The notes beneath the pieces are model-generated. The model had not been told where the DNA came from. It saw nothing but the letters and a program-made list of their open reading frames with translations, and ran no database searches. DNA of 64,000 nucleotides from Ptychomitrium polyphyllum (taxonomy: Eukaryota), in assembly GCA_973851085.1 (NCBI GenBank), contig OZ316776.1, positions 6,014,001-6,078,000 on the forward strand. The letters run 5' to 3'. This document shows, in pieces, positions 41,097-53,421 of the stretch. How positions within the stretch are numbered: position 1 is the stretch's first letter; every line of letters begins with the position of its first letter. Position numbers and translations under genes: made by a program.

Positions 41097-41168
41097 GGAT
41101 TCGTGGTGCAATGATAGCGCGTCTGACTCTGGATCAGAAGGTTGCGTGTTCGATTCACGTCAAGTTCC
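41097..41168 (+). tRNA. tRNA-Trp-derived sequence, probably a pseudogene; anticodon reads CTG rather than CCA
   Basis: GGATTCGTGGTGCAATGATAGCGCGTCTGACT-CTG-GATCAGAAGGTTGCGTGTTCGATTCACGTCAAGTTCC is nearly identical to the plant cytosolic tRNA-Trp body. Anticodon and T arms pair. The D-loop GG is GA, the acceptor stem has a C:A mismatch and no oligo-T terminator follows directly. Confidence 0.8.
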
Positions 41169-41641
41169 AACTCTCAACCCGGTCTTCCAACTCCATATAT
41201 ATTTATTCTAATAAATTTATGAAGACATGGACGGCCTCCTCCATTATTCTCCTCGTTCAGACTTGCCACGCAGTGCGGCTGAATCTCTCGGAGAGCGCGT
41301 TCGTGGACCATGAGCGCCTCGCTTACATTGGCCCTTGATTTCCTAGCGGTTGATGCTCGTGTGTTTCAGTTAGGTTTCGGGGTGGGGGGGAGCTTGTGAG
41401 GATGTCTCTTTTTGTGTCGTGAATTTGGATTCTCAAGTTCGTGAGAAGCTTTTCGGGGGCTGGGGTGAGGTCGTGCTGGGCTACTGGGGGTGTACTGGGC
41501 ACTTGTTTGTTTACTAGCACCAGCTCAGCAACGAAGGCGTGGCTATGGACATGGCGAGTGCGCTAGGGCCACATCTGGATCTCAAAGGAGGCGCGAGCGA
41601 GCACGAGAGGTTTTGCGAATCCAGGAGAATGTAGAGGCAAT

Positions 41642-41749
41642 CTGTGGGAATGTAGTGGCAGTGATTCGGGAGGCGACCTGTGGGAGCATAGTGGCAGTAA
41701 TTCGGGAGGCGACCTGTGGGAGCGTAGTGGCAGTGATTCGGGAGGCGGC
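41642..41749 (+). repeat. 3 x 36-bp tandem repeat
   Basis: ctgtggga..tagtggcagt.attcgggaggcg.c units start at 41642, 41678 and 41714; a gtaagc splice-donor-like site follows. Confidence 0.92.
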
Positions 41750-42041
41750 CGTAAGCGATTTCGTCGTGGGGAATACGATTTGCGGATCCTTCTTCTCCTC
41801 GGTTTCTCCGCCGCTTTTTCTTCTCCTCGGTTTCTTCGCCAATTTGTCTTCTCTTCGGTTTCTTGGCCAATTTTTCTTCTCCTTGGTTTCTTGACACTTG
41901 TGCATATTGGTGACAAATTTTTATGTATTGCTTGTGGAATCTGTGTGGAGATTTTTTATGCGTGATGGTGTTTTGGTGTGCGCAGGGGTGCGGATTGTGT
42001 GTACTTGAATCAGAAAGCATTAGTCGCTTGATTTCAGCGGG

Positions 42042-42846
42042 ATGGAGAGGCGCCTTGTGCCCCTGCAGCAATGCGAACAACATTCTGGTATGGAACTTAC
42101 ATAGGAGTTGCTTAAGTTGATGCTTGCAGCCTTGTGTGTTTCATTTGGAATGATTTTGTAGAGCGTCTTTGTGGAATTGAGCGCAAACAATTGTTGATAG
42201 TTTCTTTTTATGGATTGTTTACATGCAGTAGATCATGCAGAGTATCCAATGCTCGGTTCAATCAAACGCAGGGATCAAAGTGCGCCGGGGATTGCGCCAG
42301 AGGTTGAACATCGTTTGGCAGAGTTGGAGCGTCGAAGCAACTCTCACACGAAGATTCTTTTCTCCTTAATTGAACGTGAAGTGCTCATTACTGCAGGGGA
42401 GATTTTGAAGTGGTCCGTGAAGAAACAAGGAGAACAAGAAGGAGAAGGACGTCAATTATACGACTCAAGCCCCGACGTACAGCGCATGGTTATGGTAAGT
42501 TTAAATCATTTCATTTTAAAATAATGTTTCTCCCTTGTTTCTCTATTTCTAATTTTTGTTTTGTTTTTGTTTGATTTTGTAGCTAGGCTGCCGTGCATAT
42601 GGAGAATTTGGTTCATATCCAAGTCAAAGCAATGTGGAAGCGTTTAAGGCATTATCTCAGATTGTAATTAAAGCTAGAAGTGATACGGCTCACTTTCAAA
42701 ACATTTTTGCTTTAAATGCGATTGTGAGTAGCTGCAAAGAAGCAATTTTAGAATGGCCTGAACTCGAAGCTAAATACCCTATTCAAGTCAAGATTATTTT
42801 AAAATACAATGATTTTAAAAGAATCTTGCCTGAATGTTTTCGGTGA
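42042..42846 (+). CDS. Orphan ~191-aa protein: short coiled coil plus helical domain with an R-x4-H motif
   Basis: Exons 42042-42087, 42229-42494 and 42583-42846 join in frame through GT-AG introns: MERRLVPLQQCEQHSVDHAEYPML...EVEHRLAELERRS...LSQIVIKARSDTAHFQNIFAL...YNDFKRILPECFR*. The first exon is less certain than exons 2-3. Confidence 0.65.
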
Positions 42847-44033
42847 ATAGTGCTAGTGAACTCCTTAAAATTTGGTGGTTGATTTAGTAGTTGCCTTCCA
42901 AATCTTTTAGTCCTTGGTTGGTTAGGGGCTTGGTTGGTTGGTTGAGAGGTGGGAATGTGCTCTGTGCAATTAGAGGAGTAGACTTTCATTTAGTGATGGA
43001 ATTTTAGCAATTAGTTTGTGGCCTTTGTTGGTTGTTGACTTCCCAAGATCAATAATAAAACCCTGCTTCAGCAGGTTTCCATTTCATACTTTGCAAAGGT
43101 GATGTGTGTTTATAAATGTTAGATGTGCTCAACTTATTGTTATTCTATTTCTCCAAGTTTTGGAGTTTATTGGGTGTATTGTTGCCCACCTACTGGTATT
43201 GTCAATGGATGCCCTGTTCTTGAATTTGCCACCAAGGATGTACAATGCCGAATTAACTTGGTAGAGCACAGTGTGTGCAGTAGTCCTACCTGGCTTCTAC
43301 TTGCATTCTAACAATTCCAGTTTCTTCGTGGTTGTTCACACCGGCATGGAGGAACCATCAACCAAAGTGGAGTTCAGCTCCTACCAACGTGAAAGCATCC
43401 TTAGTGCCAACAGTAAAATAAGTTGAGATTGGATTATCAGTGACTAGACTCATGTTGCTGTGTCTCCTTTCGACATTCTGACAATCGTGATTTCATCACA
43501 GCCGCTGCGAACTTAGGCCAATCGAAGTATTGTTTATGGTCTATAAGAATGAGCTTCAAGTTTCAGCTAGGAAAAAGGTGCCCTCAGCTTGGGGTCACAT
43601 GTTGCCCTGTGCATCCACCGACACGCATTTTCAGCAACTGTGGACTGTGGAGCCTAAGGACACTCTAGCCTTGTGGCGCGTGAACTTTCAGGATAAACTG
43701 TAGCAGAGTACAGTAAGCATCCACTTGTCTTGGTTCCCTCAGCTTCTCTATTGGCCCAGAGCACCGCCCTTCCACCTCAAATCCAACGAACAGTAATCGA
43801 TGCCGGAGAACAACCGCAAGATTGAAGAGCGAGAACCTGACTGCGTGTAGGGGACGTCCTCTTCTGATTGATTCACAATCTCCTCTGAAGGATTTTTCGT
43901 CACTGTGTGGGATACTTATTTTGATGGGAGTTTCGAGCTTGGTTGTGTGTATTGTGCAATTAGTGTTTGATTCTTAGCTGTGCAGAGAGAGTGCAGAGAA
44001 GTGGTCTTGTGAGAGGGAGAGTTATTGAGACGG

Positions 44034-44956
44034 ATGGCGGAGGAGGTTGATCATGTCTTCGTTTATGGGAAACTGAGGCCTGATGCGCGCGACAACACGG
44101 AGCCGCTGGGCAACACGAGTGGAGCTAAGAAGGCGTATCTGATGGGCAGCCGGCTCTACTGCCTCAACAAGGGAGGTCAGGAGAAGGCAGCAGTGAGATT
44201 GGACGAGGCAGGGCATGCTGTGACGGGGTATGTTTTGAAAGCTGCTGATTCTGGCGCCATGTCCGCATTGCTGCAAGAGTTCGAATCCAAGGAGTATTCG
44301 CCTCAGCTCTACGAGAGGGATATTGTGGAGGTGAGGCTAGCTTTTTCCCTAAACATTTGACGCCCGATTACAACATGCTTACCGCTTTTGCTTATCCTCC
44401 GCTTTCTTCAACCACTTTCTCTGAAGTATACTGTTGTACATCATTGGTGAGGGGAAGGAAGTTTGACAACATCGAGCTGTGCCTGCTAAATGTTTGTGTA
44501 ATCCAAGGCGGCGATAAGAGACGGCAAACCCTAAGAGTTACGAGTATTATTCTGACGTACCAGGACCTTAGTATTGTAACATCCATCGTCACTTGGGTTG
44601 TGTCTGATACAGAACTCTCCTCGGTAGCCGGCTGGAATGTTTGAGAGTGTGAACTTGCTGTGTTATTGAACCCTAATTTTTTTGGAGGTTATTGCTAGCT
44701 TGCTAGAAAATGCAATGGATGGACATACTGTTATTGATACAGCTTGAATAGCTCTTAAAGTGATAATCTTGCTTAGAGAAGTGTTTCATGATTCGCGGCG
44801 CGTATATTTCATTTGATGTATTTGTGATGGTTTCGTCTCTTGATGCAGGTCACGACTGAGAAGGGAGAGCGAATTCTTTCGTATGCTTACCACGTACCTG
44901 ATGTTGATGTTTCCAATCCTGTTCCAAAAGGAGATTGGCTGAATCGATCTTGCTGA
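44034..44956 (+). CDS. Gamma-glutamylcyclotransferase/AIG2-like protein
   Basis: Exons 44034-44330 and 44849-44956. Motifs HVFVYGKLRP, VTGYV, FESKEY...LYERDIVEV, SYAY, PVPKGDW. Confidence 0.85.
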
Positions 44957-46168
44957 GGACGGTTATTAGTGCCTTCAGCCTAGAATTACTCACGGGTACG
45001 AGATGGTGATCAAACTTAGCATGCCGGAGATTTCAGTAGGTCTATAGAGCCTATGAATCATTATATTTTGGAGTGGAATTTGGTTTTGCATGAGCTATCG
45101 GAGTTCCGTCATATATGTAATCGAAGAGTTCATGTAAGTTCGTAAATTTGGGATTGTTGCATTTGTTTAAACTATTGAAATGTAATTTTTGGTGCTACTT
45201 GTTTGGCAGTTTGTACGATGTATGCCGCTTCTAAATGATACTTGAGGATATTTAGTCGATGACATGGTATACCTTTGTACGTCTGTACGGTGTTCAATGT
45301 TGCTAGCATCTACGACTGCTAAATTGCAGAATGTATTTGTATTTAATTATGCCAGAAGCATTGGTGAGTGGAGTTTGAGGCTGGTGGCAGTAGAAGGGTG
45401 GGGTGAGAATAGTGCTGTGTACCTTCGTTGGCCTCTTGGCTAAGAGGATTGAATGTAGCATCCGTTCTTGTCAGTTTAATATCATGAATCTCATGATGTT
45501 AATCTGCTTTTCTTGGGGTTTGAGTCTGCCTGGCAACTTGCTGCCTAGACGCGTACCAGTTGCCCTGGTAGTGCGCTATGTCCTTAACTGGCGTAGCCCT
45601 CAATCCTTCTCCTGTGGGAACCAACACAATTGTTAAATAGTAATGCGTTCTTGTTGAACTCGACATTAGAGCGCCAGTTAATTAAGCTCACTTTTGCAAA
45701 GTGAGGATGATATTGTCTGCATCAAAGTTAAGGGACTGTACGGTATATGAAGCTTTTCGTGACGAAATGATGTACAGTACGTCCAAAACTGTGATCTATG
45801 ACAGTTTAGAGAAATGACCGTTTTTCACAAAAAAGTCCATCGTATATCTTGTGTAGAGGCTATATCAAGTATGAGATGTGCGTGTTCATGTGAAGTAACC
45901 AATGAATTTGGAACGGAAAAATAAACAGGTGATAAGCTGTATGTATCTGTGTATACAGAAGCTTTATATAATTTAGTTTGCCAACAGTAGCAGTCCTAGA
46001 AACAGTGAATCTTCGTAGAACGATTTGAATGCCCCTTAGCATGAAAGTAATAACTATCTTTTCAATATCTACTAATCAGCATGTTTAAATCAAGAACCAA
46101 TGACTGTATATCAATGTCTACTCTGCAACTTAAACGAGTAACCTTCTAGTAGCAAGAGTTTCAATCCT

Positions 46169-47758
46169 TTACTTTTTGGGGGATATGGCACTCAGATCCT
46201 TGAGACAAATTACAAGAACAGATATATCATCCCGACTGCCTCGCCGAAGCGCAGCTGCTGCCAACACTTTCGCAGCTCCTTCTGCAGATTCTTGGGCTAA
46301 TACATGTGCTACAGCTTCGTCGTTGCTCATAACTTTCCACAATCCATCACTTGCAACTATAAAAAAATCGTCTTCGTCAGTCAGAATGTTGTCCCAAATG
46401 TCAGGCTCCACACTCAAATGCTCCTTGAGTACGTAATCTCCAAATGCACGAGACATATTCAACCTCTTGTCCACCCGATACACCCCACCTATGGGGGATA
46501 AGGCAACCTCGCCTCCTTTAGCTTCCACCTGCAAATGCAGTACATTAATTTCTCTCCGTAAATCACGAGATTCAAGGATCGCAACCACAGGGTAATATGT
46601 CTAATAGTTTTGCCACTAGGAAAATGACCACTTCAATACCTGCGAGAAACTCAAAAGTCCAGTGATTCCCTAGCAAGGCAACTGTGACAACCCAAAGAAA
46701 GCAAAAATGTAGGTGTCACAAGATGGAGGTAAAACTTCCACAAGGGAAGTTTGAGAAAATTGAAGTGTGGTAAGCCTAGAGTAACTACCCCGGATAGCAA
46801 CCCACTTCTTCTCTAGGAGTTTTACACTACTTCAATCTCCTCAAACTTGAATTTCCATTTTAGCGAACTCATCTCTAACTCAAAAAGATATCAAGTGGTT
46901 CATTTAAAAACTGCAAACCTGAAAAGTTCCAGATAAGCTCAGAAACTGAATACTACAAAATTAGGTTTCCCCAAATCTTTTGAACCCTTGGAATACCCCG
47001 TATGCTTCAGTTCTCTGTACACTTCTCTCAAGCGTGATCGATTATTTTAAAGTAACTTTAGAATTAGAATGCTTACCATTTCTCGCTCTTCTGGTTTTTG
47101 AGGCTCGTGATCAACGCTTACTTCAATCGCTTTCCCGCTTCTGGCAAGAACAGCTCGCGAGTCGCCAACGTTTGCCACTATCAGCCGCTGTCCCTTGTCG
47201 AGCAGGAACGCAGTAGTGGCTGTCGACCCTGCTCTAAAATCGCTCTGAGTCTCTGCCTTGTCCATTATTCTGCAAACATAGAACTTCGCATCTAAGATCT
47301 TTGCATTTTGATCTTGAACCTAAATATGAGCATTTGATGCTCAAGAAAACCGAAATCAGAATCTAAAAGTGTATGCAACGAAAAACAGAGATTGCTTGAA
47401 ATATAGTGGTTTCTGAACTTCAGAAGGGAGAATCTAAGTATTTGGACAAGGACCTCTTGTCTTCAGAAAAGTAGATCTCCGTGATTGTCTTCTTGGGATC
47501 TTTTGTGAAGTTAGGATGTGCCAAGATTTTCTTGAAAAGCTCTTGCTCCAAGTAAGATGCGACCTCAGTACCTGCATGGCCATCATAGACCGCAAACAAG
47601 CCAATTTCGTTGCCATGAAAGGATTGCATTCTAGCCACGTGGTAATCCTCGATTGGATGATCTCGCAGACCCTTCACTCTAGCGTAACCAAATGTGACAG
47701 ATTCCAACTGCCGACCCTCACCACCTCCTGACCACGCAGTTGTTCCCTCCCCATCCAT
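46169..47758 (-). CDS. Protein phosphatase 2C
   Basis: IEDY, LFAVYDGHAG, GSTATTA, VANVGDSRAV, VDHEP, LNMSRAFGD, IVASDGLW and RGSRDDISV across three exons. Upstream exons are possible. Confidence 0.95.
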
Positions 47759-50289
47759 ACTGTTGTATGTATCCCTGTAAATTCATATGATAATTAGAAT
47801 CCGCGTCACAGAGTCTTTGCTGTGGGCCTTACAGCATCCCGCACTCTGCTCTTGTGATAGAGCCTCAAAAAAACCTAGTGAACAGATTTTGGGGATTTAT
47901 AGACAATCGACGTAAAAATCCAAGTCAGTCAAAGTCTAGGATTGAGAACAAAATCCAACAAACTCCTTCAAACATTTAGCGGCTTCGTTGTGGTAAGCAA
48001 GTAGTTTCACAAGCAATTGAAATACTGAGTATCAAGAAACCATATTAAGAATTTGTCAAACCTTTACATGATGAGGTAGGACCTCTTTCCCCTGGAAGCT
48101 AGAAACCCAACGAAAGCAAAATGATGGCCATGCAACTAAATACCTCAAACTCACCTCACATGCAATTCTTTGCCAACCTTCCCGATTCCTAGACCAACAA
48201 CAATCTAAAACACAACCTATTTCAGATGACCTGGAAAAAAAACAAAAAACCAAAAAAAATGAAAACAACCTGAACCAGCCGTTCGTAGAGCAAATGGCCC
48301 ACATGTGTACTCACCAAGTACTAGAATCGAGTGTCTTGAGCGTCGGCGACGCGCTCCCTCTCCTTCCGCAGCACAGCAACCTACAACTCATCAAGCAAAG
48401 TTCAGAACTCTTCCTCCCATGCTACTATCTCCAAGCTCCTCTCTCAAACCAAATTTCCAATCCTGCAATGACTTGTCCGGAATCTCAAACTAAGCCAGTG
48501 CCTCGCCAAGTGTCGACCCAAAGATTCTGTGGCTGCTGTGACAGCGAGCAAAAGCTAGACTTTTCTCCGCGTCCCACGGTGGTGGAGTATCCCAGACATA
48601 TACTCCTACAGTCGGAAACGACAACTAAGGAAGGACGGAAGTAGTGCGAGAGAGGCACCGCGATGCAATACAGCGCGCACGCAGCCTTCGGAATGTGGAG
48701 CGCACACATCCATGGTCCATGAGTGATGTGCTGCGTGCGTCTGTGCGCTGTTGGTGGACCCGATCGATGGCGTCGCAGCGTCCCTGCCGGGCCTCCTTTC
48801 GCTGCATTCTGGACGTTTGGCATTGCCACGCGGCGACCACCCCGCTGCCCCAGGGCGGAGCCTTTCTGTGGCTAGGGACTCGACCTGGGCGACGGCGCAG
48901 GGGACGGTGGAAGGGTCGTGGGGCCGACTTCGTTTGTTGGCGACCGGCATAACAACTCTGTCACACAGTGATTGGGTCTAACGTTATATCAATATAAACT
49001 TAACGAACTTTCGTTAGGCCGAGGACTTGTTTGATATGGAAATGATATGAACAATAATACTATAGATTCAGTTTCTCCTCAAGTGCTAATTGACCAAAAA
49101 TGAAAAATGTTGAGCTAATATGGTTGATATTGTTTCCAAGTCAGAAAGAAAATAAGATTCATAAAAACGCCATCCTTTCGTGACAGTGACCGCGAGCACT
49201 ATGATGCTTGGGTCCGCACCTTCAAAAGAGTGTGAAACGAGCCCCAGAGCGAAAACTCAATAATGACCCACCACGGTGATGGGGCCGCCGTATCACATGG
49301 AGCTCGCAACAGGCAGCATCTACCCATCTTCATCTACAGCAATATCATTCTCTGAGCTATCATCCATCACGCACCCCTCGTTCATCCACCCGGGGGGCGT
49401 GATGGGAAGCAACCGGCGGAATCTCTCCAAAGCTGGCCGAACCTCCACCGCTTACCCTGCAATCGCTGCTGTCGTTTGCAATCGGATCCTGAACTGCGTC
49501 CGTCACTCGGAAATCCATCGCAGTTCCAGCACACGCAGGTGCATGCCTAGGTCCAGAAAACGCCACCTTGGGGCGCAAAACGGACTGCAATTGCACTCCA
49601 AAGATACCAGTTTTGGAGAGAATATGTCATCATCTCCATGCCGGTATCGTGGAATGAACTCTACTTCACATCATCTCTGTTTCCATTGCTAACTTGTCAA
49701 TTGCGTGATGGAGAGTGGTAAAGTTTTCAGTTACATACTTGAGTCATGAGTTGATTGTGTTTGCGCTGATCTCATGCATTAAGTGATGTGTGTGTGTCTG
49801 TGGGTGTGGGTTTGGATGATTCTTAACTGTCAGGCTGTGATGGTTATGATGTTTGTGATGTTTTTCTTTTGGTGTTGATGTTTTGAACTTGAGTTTTAGT
49901 GGTGTTTGTTTACAGTATTGGAACGGTTGTGTGTTGGAGCACAATTGGCATTTCGGGATGAGTTGAGTTGGTACTGAGCGAAAGTGAGCAGCGGAGGTCT
50001 GGGTTTTTGGTGTTTTGGTGTTTTGGTGTTGCTCATGAAGGCAAACATGAGGACCTTAATTCATGATTTTTTAGTTGTGGGAGTTTCTCGCGGTGAATCT
50101 GTTGGGTCCTGTTCAGGAAAGGAACATGAGGATCAAGCCATAGCCGAGTAGTCGATTTTTGACGATGGTGGTTTGCTTGGTAGTGAGCGTTTGACATTTT
50201 TGAGGAAGTTCAGGGTTGCAATTTGTCTAAAGCCTCGCCAATTGGGTTCAGAAGAGTTTTAGAAAGGAGTGTTGGTTGTTCCTTTTTCA

Positions 50290-51111
50290 ATGGAAGGTGG
50301 TGACCGAAGCCAGACGCCTGTGTCGCTACCTCCGCCTCCTATGAGCATGCTGTCCACAGCGTCGCTGCCGCTCATACCCGAGGCGGAAAAGAAGCCAACA
50401 GTGGTGAGAAACGGGGAGGAGAAGCGGGAGGAGTGGTCGGCTCGCTCGGTGGCCCTCTTCTTGGATCTGTATGAGGAGAAGTACTTCGAAATGGACAGGG
50501 GGAGCTTTCGATCCAAGGACTGGGAGCTGTTGGTGGACCGCTTTAACACGGAAGGAGGGGGTGGGAAGTCGGTGAAGCAGTGCCGGGACAAGATGGATTC
50601 CTTGAAGAAGCGCCACAAGCTGGAGAGGGGCAGGAAGGCCAGCACTGGAGCGGAGACGTGCAGTTGGATGTGGTTCGACAAGATGGATATTATGTTCGGT
50701 GACCATCCCAAGCACCAGGGCGTGCTGCTGAGTTCTCCCGAGGCCGTGGAGATGAAGTTTCCTGCAGATAAGTTTCGGATTGCGGGCGGAGAGAATGTGA
50801 TCACCGAGGAGGAGAGTCGGAGATTGGTGGGAAGCTGGAGGGAGGCTAAGAAAATCCTGCAAAAGCTCACTTTGTCTGCCGAAGAGCGAGGCAAGGCTCG
50901 CGCTCTGCTGCTGGAGAAGAAAGAGGAAGAGAGACTGGAGTACTTTGAAGGTGATTTTGAAGAGGTTAGCCATTGCTTGAAGCTGCTTGTGGAGAGAGCT
51001 TCCCTCCACCCTTCAGGTCTTCCTATCCTATCCTACCTTTGCTTTCTGGGTTGCGCTATTCAACTTAAATTCTCTGTTAGGGAGGTTTTCATATTCGACC
51101 TGCACTGGTAA
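50290..51111 (+). CDS. Trihelix / Myb-SANT-like DNA-binding protein; 3' end uncertain, may splice to ~51213
   Basis: REEWS...LLDLYEEK-like helix, FRSKDW, KSVKQCRDKMDSLKKRHKLE, SWMWFDKMD, which is the Myb_DNA-bind_4 (SIP1/ASIL-type) pattern. Confidence 0.85.
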   Translation: MEGGDRSQTPVSLPPPPMSMLSTASLPLIPEAEKKPTVVRNGEEKREEWSARSVALFLDLYEEKYFEMDRGSFRSKDWELLVDRFNTEGGGGKSVKQCRDKMDSLKKRHKLERGRKASTGAETCSWMWFDKMDIMFGDHPKHQGVLLSSPEAVEMKFPADKFRIAGGENVITEEESRRLVGSWREAKKILQKLTLSAEERGKARALLLEKKEEERLEYFEGDFEEVSHCLKLLVERASLHPSGLPILSYLCFLGCAIQLKFSVREVFIFDLHW

Positions 51112-53076
51112 TGGTATCCTACATTCTTTTTCTCTGAATCTTGTACTGCTATTTTTCTAGTTGATTTTATAGCCTCTTATTGTTGTAGTTTTATTTTCAA
51201 TGGAAAATGTAGGCATGGCGGGAATAAGTCAAACGGATTTTGCAGCGGCTTCTAACATACAGCTTAGACTCGAGGAAGTCCTAACAGGTGTGACTTTCTC
51301 TTTTGGTGAAACCAGTGACACCTTTTTGTTCTTATGTTTGTTTTGGAGGGTATGATCAGCAGTTAGATAGTGAAGTGTCCTATATGATCTATAGCAGTGG
51401 GCGTTGCTGCTGATATTTTTCTGGAAAAAAGCGTAACCATTAACAAGACATTATGTCCCTGTAGATGTGATATCACTCAAAAGGCGGTCGACATCAGATC
51501 TGCGGTACTTTATGCCTACAGCCAAAAAATAGTAGGGGTTGAAGACAAGCCTAAGCTCAAACAGATTCTAGAAGGTTCTCCCACAATCACTTCTTCGTGA
51601 TTCAGTTCCAGAACACTTCTCAGTTGAAATCTGGCGTTCAACCATCAGTTATGCGAGGGCATTTTCAAGGCTAGTGCTCCTACGCTGTCGTGAGACTTGG
51701 AAGTGCTATGAAGAAGTCAGGCATTTACACCTCGCCTTCTTCTTGATGTGTCGTAACAGCAGTTGAGTAGATATTCGATTCAAGGCTTCAATTCGGTTTT
51801 TTCTTAATCTGCTCGATTTTCTTGCGATTTTCTGATACGTTCTCTGACAAGCTACGTTGGCAGACGGCTGATGCTGATAATTGGTTTTTTGCTTTTATTC
51901 TGGATGGTCTTGTCCAATCTACGAATAATTTGAGCCAGTGTACGGGTTAAATTCACCTCGTTGCAGAGGTCGTGGCTTGCTTTGCCAGTGCAGTAGTGTT
52001 GTTCACCGTAGCAGTGGTCACGTAGATGCATCGTCACTTATCTCCGTCTCATCAAATAGGAGAATGTTGACACTTTGAATTCATACGCAGGAACTTTCAG
52101 AAGCTGAATGTGCAATGATAGCAATTAATGACGGAGTCGAGGCAGAGGTTGTGAGTTTCGGATGTCTTCTTGTAGAGGTCATACGCTGATTCAGTCTGCA
52201 AGGTAATGTATGCTTCACAGTTTAGGTGATAGATGTCGTGATGGCGGTGTTTTGCATCCTTTAGATGAGGGTTGATTCGAGTTTATTATCAGCCATGATG
52301 CAGCAAATAGACGTTGACCACGTGATATTTATTGAACGAACGTCCCCCAAATTTGATAATTCTGTTTGAATACTATCAATCAAGCCTGGGAGTAATCATT
52401 CTTTGACAGTAGTTATCAAAAGGATATCAATCACTGTAAGTCTTAAGCATAAAAGTAGCTGAACATATTCCAGCCTATTGACGTGTAGATTTTCTTGCAG
52501 GTTTTTCAGGTGTCGAACCTTGACGATTCGTGAATTCGCCGTGAGCTTTTGAAGAGGATGCTGCACATGTCATTGTTGAAGCTCGACTGTGCACCGGCCC
52601 TCGACAATGCCACTGCCGCACCTTTAGTGCTTAGTTGTGACAACACCAGTCATGACTCACCACGTGCAGGCCTCAGTTTTTGCAGTCATTGGCACATCTA
52701 TGATTTGTGTTCCAGATACTCCAGCAAGTTACAATGTATGCTTAAACTTATATTTGGCAGCGTTGTCAAAGATGTCCAAGGGGACCAGACTCAACGTTTT
52801 GAGGGTTTATTGCTTGTATATTTGGGACTTATTTGGGACTTAAATGTTTTGCGTTCTTGAATTTAGAGTACTGATAACTTACATACACTCACTAAGTTAG
52901 TTTCTCCAAGCATCTACCCTTCGACACTTTTCGACGACCATAAAATGTGCAATAACACGTTTAAATTTAGCTTTGATGGTTTTTAAGGTATTCTAAGCAC
53001 ATATTATGATTTTTCCTTCAGTCAAAGGTACAATTCCTTCTTGGGTTTGTGTACCTTCACTAGCATTTATTGTTGA

Positions 53077-53172
53077 TTTCCAAAGAACGTTAATAGCAAA
53101 GATAGCATTTAACGTATACTTTCCAAAGAACGTTAATAGCAAAGAATTGTTGTTTCAATAGCAAAGAACGTT
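53077..53172. repeat. Short direct repeats of tttccaaagaacgttaatagcaaaga
   Basis: Full copies near 53077 and 53120, and a partial copy near 53157. Confidence 0.75.
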
Positions 53173-53421
53173 ATGAATTACTTAAAGTTATCAATTTTCT
53201 CTCCAAAGTACACGATGTGACTACCTTACAGTTATGAAGAATACACCTCAGAAAGTGCCCAACGTGTAGAGTATTGGCTAGTTTGCAAATGGTTTGTAGA
53301 CTGTGATAGCCAAGCATAATCATTGGTACCAAAAACTTAGGATCAATTCCAGGACACAGAGGTATAAGTCCTTGCTTGCCTCTAATGGAAGTGGAAGTAA
53401 GAGATAGCTCTGTATACGAAC

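Noticed and set aside
41642..41749. CRISPR-like array (36-bp units)
   Set aside because: The units are contiguous with no spacers, there are no cas genes, and the context is eukaryotic.
48294..49692. Multiple 60-140-aa ORFs between PP2C and the trihelix gene
   Set aside because: No motifs; consistent with UTR and promoter sequence of two divergent genes.
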